Shown: positions 60,218 through 64,000 of the stretch, piece by piece
Position numbering within the stretch: the first letter of the stretch is position 1
Layout of the letters: every line of letters begins with the position of its first letter
Source of the DNA: a virus
Length of the DNA: 64,000 bases
Strand: one strand, 5' to 3'
IMG/VR virus record: IMGVR_UViG_3300012920_009134
Coordinates: 35,732 to 99,731 of that record
Position numbers and translations under genes: made by a program
Notes under the pieces: generated by a model
The model's input: the letters and a program-made list of their open reading frames with translations, nothing else
What the model was told of the DNA's origin: nothing
Databases searched by the model: none

Positions 60218-62182
60218 ATGGCAGGCGGAAGAAAACAAAACCCAAAAAACGCACAAAGCACTCTGTTTAAGAAGTTAACTAGACTCTTATCTGGACCAAT
60301 TGTAAACTACAGAACTCAAACAGCAAGAAGACTCAGAAGACGCCAGTTAGATAAGTATGCTAATAAGTTTTTATCTACCAGCGGAAAGCAGTTTAAGAGA
60401 ATGGATTACAATCCGTTTGCTGGATTGTACTCTGGACAACAAGGCAATCAAAGTAGACTAGAGAGGTATGTAGATTTTGATCAAATGGAATACACACCGG
60501 AGTGCGCATCAGCACTCGATATCTATGCGGATGAAATGACAAACCACAGTGCAATGTCTCCGCTTATGACTATTGACTGCAACAATGAAGAGATTAAAGG
60601 TATCTTATCGGCGCTATATTTTAATATCATGAATGTTGAATACAACATTTTTGGTTGGTGCCGTACGATGGTTAAATATGGAGATTTTTTCTTATACCTT
60701 GACATTGATGATGTCCTCGGCATTAAGAGCGTTATAGGTCTACCAGGTCAGGAGATCGAAAGATTAGAAGGTGAAGACAAGTCGAATCCAAATTATTGCC
60801 AGTTCCAGTGGAACTCGGCAGGACTTACTTTTGAGAACTGGCAGATTGGACATTTTAGAATTCTAGGTAATGATAAGTATACCCCCTATGGTACTTCTGT
60901 TCTGGAACCCGCCCGACGTATTTGGCGACAAATGACTTTGCTTGAAGATGCGATGATGGCGTATCGTATTGTGCGATCTCCCGAGAGAAGAGTGTTTTAT
61001 ATTGACGTTGGTAATATACCCCCAACAGATATTGAACAGTATATGCAAAAAGTTATGACCTCTATGAAGAGAAACCAGGTAGTTGATTCTGCATCTGGTC
61101 GTGTTGATCTAAGATACAATCCAATGTCTGTGGATGAAGATTACTTTATTCCTACTCGCGCAGGGTCTTCTTCGAGAGTGGAAAGTCTACCAGGAGGTAC
61201 ATATACTGGTGATATTGACGACGTTAAATATCTTCGAGACAAGTTGTTTTCAGCACTAAAGATTCCAGGATCTTATTTAACCAGCACAAATGCCGAAGCA
61301 GGCGGTGGAGAAGACGCCACAACACTTGCGCAAAAGGACATTAGATTTGCCAGAACAGTTCAGAGACTTCAACGATCTGTAGTCACTGAGATGGAAAAGA
61401 TTGGTATTGTTCACCTCTACACCCTTGGGTATCGTGGAGAAGACTTGGTTAATTTTAAACTGAAACTCAACAGTCCATCCAAGATTGCTGAACTACAAGA
61501 ACTTGAACACTGGAAGACCAAGTTTGATGTTGCCTCTACTGCTACTGAAGGATTCTTTAGTCGTCAGTGGATTGCCGCTCACCTGTTCAACATGACTGAA
61601 GAAGAGTTTGTTAAGAACCAGAGGCAGATGTACTACGATAGACAGTTTGACGCAAGACTTGAGGCAGCAGCAGAGCAGGCACAAGCAGAAGCAACACCAT
61701 CGGGTGGTGAAGGTGAGGAAGACTTACTCGGTGGAGATCTTGGTACTGATGGCGAAGGCGGCGAAGGCATTGATCTTACGGGTGGCGAAGATGCTCTCGG
61801 TGGCGGCGAAGACCTTGGCGGTGATGTAGGGGGAGAAGAGGATACCGGCGCTCTACTCGCAGCACCAGGTTCAAGAGAAGATACGTTTGACGATAAGCAC
61901 AAGAGAGCAAAGGGCAAGATTCATATCACAAAACAAATGACTGGTGAGAGAGATAAACGAGATCACGGAGGTCGATCTCAGTCTTACAGGACTGTGCCGG
62001 GATATAAGAAACTAAAATCTTTATCAAGAGGAGTAGTAGAGGAGGATAAGCAGAGACTTTCAGAGTCTAACGATACTACTTACTATAGTGAAGAAGAGAA
62101 CATATTTTCTTTAAATAGGGAAGTATCGGATCTGATTAGCGAATTACAAAATAGGAAATCCAAAAATGAGACTGAAGCATAA
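60218..62182 (+). CDS. Portal protein, T4 gp20-like, with acidic Gly-rich C-terminal extension
   Basis: LLEDAMMAYRIVRSPERRVFYIDVGN, EDYFIP.R, SLPGG, DDVKYLRDKLFSALKIP, DIRFAR. Confidence 0.96.
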   Translation: MAGGRKQNPKNAQSTLFKKLTRLLSGPIVNYRTQTARRLRRRQLDKYANKFLSTSGKQFKRMDYNPFAGLYSGQQGNQSRLERYVDFDQMEYTPECASALDIYADEMTNHSAMSPLMTIDCNNEEIKGILSALYFNIMNVEYNIFGWCRTMVKYGDFFLYLDIDDVLGIKSVIGLPGQEIERLEGEDKSNPNYCQFQWNSAGLTFENWQIGHFRILGNDKYTPYGTSVLEPARRIWRQMTLLEDAMMAYRIVRSPERRVFYIDVGNIPPTDIEQYMQKVMTSMKRNQVVDSASGRVDLRYNPMSVDEDYFIPTRAGSSSRVESLPGGTYTGDIDDVKYLRDKLFSALKIPGSYLTSTNAEAGGGEDATTLAQKDIRFARTVQRLQRSVVTEMEKIGIVHLYTLGYRGEDLVNFKLKLNSPSKIAELQELEHWKTKFDVASTATEGFFSRQWIAAHLFNMTEEEFVKNQRQMYYDRQFDARLEAAAEQAQAEATPSGGEGEEDLLGGDLGTDGEGGEGIDLTGGEDALGGGEDLGGDVGGEEDTGALLAAPGSREDTFDDKHKRAKGKIHITKQMTGERDKRDHGGRSQSYRTVPGYKKLKSLSRGVVEEDKQRLSESNDTTYYSEEENIFSLNREVSDLISELQNRKSKNETEA

Positions 62183-62975
62183 CAAAAAAAGAAACACGGC
62201 GTTCTTATTCGAAACCTTGACTAGAGAATATATCAGGGCAGTCGTTAAAAAGAACACAGCAAGACAGACACTGGTTAAGAGGATTATTAAAGAGCACTTT
62301 TCAAAAGACTCAGTTCTTCACAAAGAACTTAACATCTATAGAGAAGTACTAGAAACAGAGAGACTTTCCCGAGAAGAAGCAGAAAAGATGCTCCAAGAGG
62401 CAAAAGTTCGACATGGGAATCTTGATGGTCAGCAGATTTTTAAATCACAAAACAAATTGATTAAAGAAGTAAATTATACTTTGACATCAAGTGTTTTTGG
62501 TAACTTTGTACCAAACTATAAGAACCTTGCAACAGTTCACGCCATCTTTAATGACAAGACTTCTATTAAAGAAAAGATGCTACTAGAGCAAAAGATTGTC
62601 GATTCTTTGATATCAGAGACGGATGAGGACAAGATTCACATCGATAATCTTACTTATAAGACTTTCGTAGAAAGTTTCAATAAGAAGTATTCAGATCTCC
62701 CAGAGAATCAAAAACAACTTCTCACCAACTACATCGCTTCCTTTTCGGATAACTCTCTGGGACTTAAGGTGTACATGAATGAGCAGGTTGCAGAACTAAA
62801 AGAAAAACTTTGTAATCTGAATGGAGACGAAAATCTGCAAAACGAAGAACTTAAGCAAAAGTACGACCAAATCCTTGATAAACTAGAGGCATATAAAAAC
62901 AAAGAGATTGATGATATAATGGTTGAAGAAGTCTTGAAAGTGCAAGAGTTGGTTAGGGAGTTGGAAAATGGTTAA
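62166..62975 (+). CDS. Helical hypothetical protein in the head module
   Basis: MRLKHNKKRNTAFLFE; FNKKY..L..Q; lies between portal and putative protease. Confidence 0.65.
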   Translation: MRLKHNKKRNTAFLFETLTREYIRAVVKKNTARQTLVKRIIKEHFSKDSVLHKELNIYREVLETERLSREEAEKMLQEAKVRHGNLDGQQIFKSQNKLIKEVNYTLTSSVFGNFVPNYKNLATVHAIFNDKTSIKEKMLLEQKIVDSLISETDEDKIHIDNLTYKTFVESFNKKYSDLPENQKQLLTNYIASFSDNSLGLKVYMNEQVAELKEKLCNLNGDENLQNEELKQKYDQILDKLEAYKNKEIDDIMVEEVLKVQELVRELENG

Positions 62976-63531
62976 GATCAATATTGTTCGCGGTGCAAAG
63001 GACCAAGAACCAGTAACAAAACAAATATCCTTTCGAGAAGCAAGAAAGGCAGTTAATGGTGATTTTCTTATTTTTGACCACGACCTTATTGATATTGTTG
63101 TATCTCGTGAGAAGTCTCGTTTATCTACCTTTCCAAAGAACAACATAACGGAAGAATGTTATCACGCTCAAAAAGACTTGCTAGAAGCGCTCGCCGGACT
63201 GGGAGTTTTAGATAGAGGTTCAATTAAATCTGGATCGGTTCATTCTTCGTTAGAAGCAGACATCCTTGACTCGAACGAGGAGACCATATCAGGTTTCCAG
63301 ATTACTCTTTTGGAAATATTTAACTTCTTGCAGGAGGAAGAACCAAATATGAAGTCAAGAGAAATGTATAAAGACAAACTACAGAACTTCTTTCTTGATC
63401 CTAGTGCAGAAGACTCGACCGAGTTGGGCGAAGTGCCCCACAAGGAAAAGAAGGGGTCATTGGATCATCAGGTTAGACCTTATGGATACCAATACATGTA
63501 CTCTATCTTGAGGGAAATGACGGAGAAGTAA
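62968..63531 (+). CDS. Hypothetical protein
   Basis: Overlap-coupled ORF; DSTELGEVPH motif. Confidence 0.65.
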   Translation: MVKINIVRGAKDQEPVTKQISFREARKAVNGDFLIFDHDLIDIVVSREKSRLSTFPKNNITEECYHAQKDLLEALAGLGVLDRGSIKSGSVHSSLEADILDSNEETISGFQITLLEIFNFLQEEEPNMKSREMYKDKLQNFFLDPSAEDSTELGEVPHKEKKGSLDHQVRPYGYQYMYSILREMTEK

Positions 63532-63827
63532 TGCTTACCTTTACGATTGCCTGTATTGGCATGACTCAAATTATAGTTTTTGGAAAAATATTTAACAAAG
63601 TTCGACCAACTACTGGATGGTTTGGTGATTTGTTTAAGTGCCCTATGTGTACAGGGTTTTGGACCGGCATTATTTTGTGGGCGATAAGTCCTTACACAGG
63701 ACTATTTACGTTTGATAAGACGCCAGTTACGGCGTTTGTCTTAGGTTGCTATTCCTCGATGGTTTGCTACTTTGCTAGTATGCTCGTCACGGATTGGGGA
63801 CTTCAGATAAAGATAGAAAAGGAGTAG
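63531..63827 (+). CDS. DUF1360-like membrane protein
   Basis: FGDLFKCPMCTGFWTG between hydrophobic helices. Confidence 0.7.
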   Translation: MLTFTIACIGMTQIIVFGKIFNKVRPTTGWFGDLFKCPMCTGFWTGIILWAISPYTGLFTFDKTPVTAFVLGCYSSMVCYFASMLVTDWGLQIKIEKE

Positions 63828-63830
63828 GTT

Positions 63831-63881
63831 ATGAAGCGTTGGATGTTGCAGAGAGTTAGACGTTGCTGTAGCGGTAAGTAA
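63831..63881 (+). CDS. Candidate 16-aa peptide MKRWMLQRVRRCCSGK
   Basis: AAGGAGTAGG RBS upstream; fills the gap; in frame with the preceding gene across its TAG. Confidence 0.4.
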   Translation: MKRWMLQRVRRCCSGK

Positions 63882-63886
63882 CTGAC

Positions 63887-63901
63887 GCGGGTGACCCCCG
63901 C
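63887..63901 (+). promoter_or_regulatory. GC-rich hairpin just upstream of the next RBS
   Basis: GCGGG-TGACC-CCCGC followed by TTGAGG; no U-tract. Confidence 0.45.
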
Positions 63902-63914
63902 TTGAGGATTTAAA

Positions 63915-64000
63915 ATGAGATTAATAAGAGAATATTTTGAACTGTGTGATGGCGGTGTATGCCAGGACCTTCTCACGGAAGATGAGAAAAGAAGAGTTGC
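63915..64000 (+). CDS. Start of a gene, probably the prohead protease (T4 gp21-like); 3'-truncated
   Basis: GAGG RBS; MRLIREYFELCDGGVCQDLLTEDEKRRV; function inferred mainly from gene order after the portal. Confidence 0.45.
   Translation, partial: MRLIREYFELCDGGVCQDLLTEDEKRRV

Noticed and set aside
115-63443. Many short minus-strand and alternate-frame ORFs in the track
   Set aside because: They lie within well-supported + strand genes and show no recognisable motifs; treated as shadow ORFs.
1-64000. Stop-codon reassignment as in some large phages
   Set aside because: TAA, TAG and TGA all end genes at tight junctions and very long ORFs are intact in the standard code.
1-64000. CRISPR array, tRNA, rRNA or IS element
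   Set aside because: No spaced direct repeats, cloverleafs or transposases seen; almost no intergenic space.

Overview
This window is part of a large, AT-rich, T4-like tailed (myovirus-type) phage genome. All credible genes are on the + strand, tightly packed in the standard genetic code. There are five blocks. (1) About 1-9.8 kb is a glycan biosynthesis and modification cluster: cupin, transaldolase, HAD phosphatase, GT4-like, GT2 and GT-B transferases, deacetylase, NeuA/NeuB nonulosonic-acid enzymes, sulfotransferase, epimerase, UDP-sugar dehydrogenase, a small HxGH nucleotidyltransferase and APS kinase. (2) About 9.8-11.5 kb holds small genes and a gp55-like late sigma factor. (3) About 11.5-51.3 kb is a very large baseplate/tail block: M15 peptidase protein, HxH spike, a 2846-aa protein, gp25-like, gp6-like, a DNRLRE-domain protein, a 3958-aa LamG protein and paralogous collar-fibre-like proteins. 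(4) About 51.3-57.7 kb holds a J-domain protein, RuvC, primase, a fused Mre11-Rad50 and a candidate lysis cassette. (5) About 57.7-64 kb is head/packaging: terminase large subunit, gp20-like portal and the probable start of the prohead protease. The best candidate for a new system is a phage-encoded pathway for a sulfated, nonulosonate-containing glycan with its own PAPS supply, possibly through a minimal non-canonical ATP sulfurylase; mucin-like tails on structural proteins are possible acceptors. Also notable are strong avoidance of AGCT/AGCC/GGCT, a recurring TATTTA motif before late genes, and an apparently split and duplicated collar-fibre domain. All family calls come from motif recognition by eye; no searches were run.
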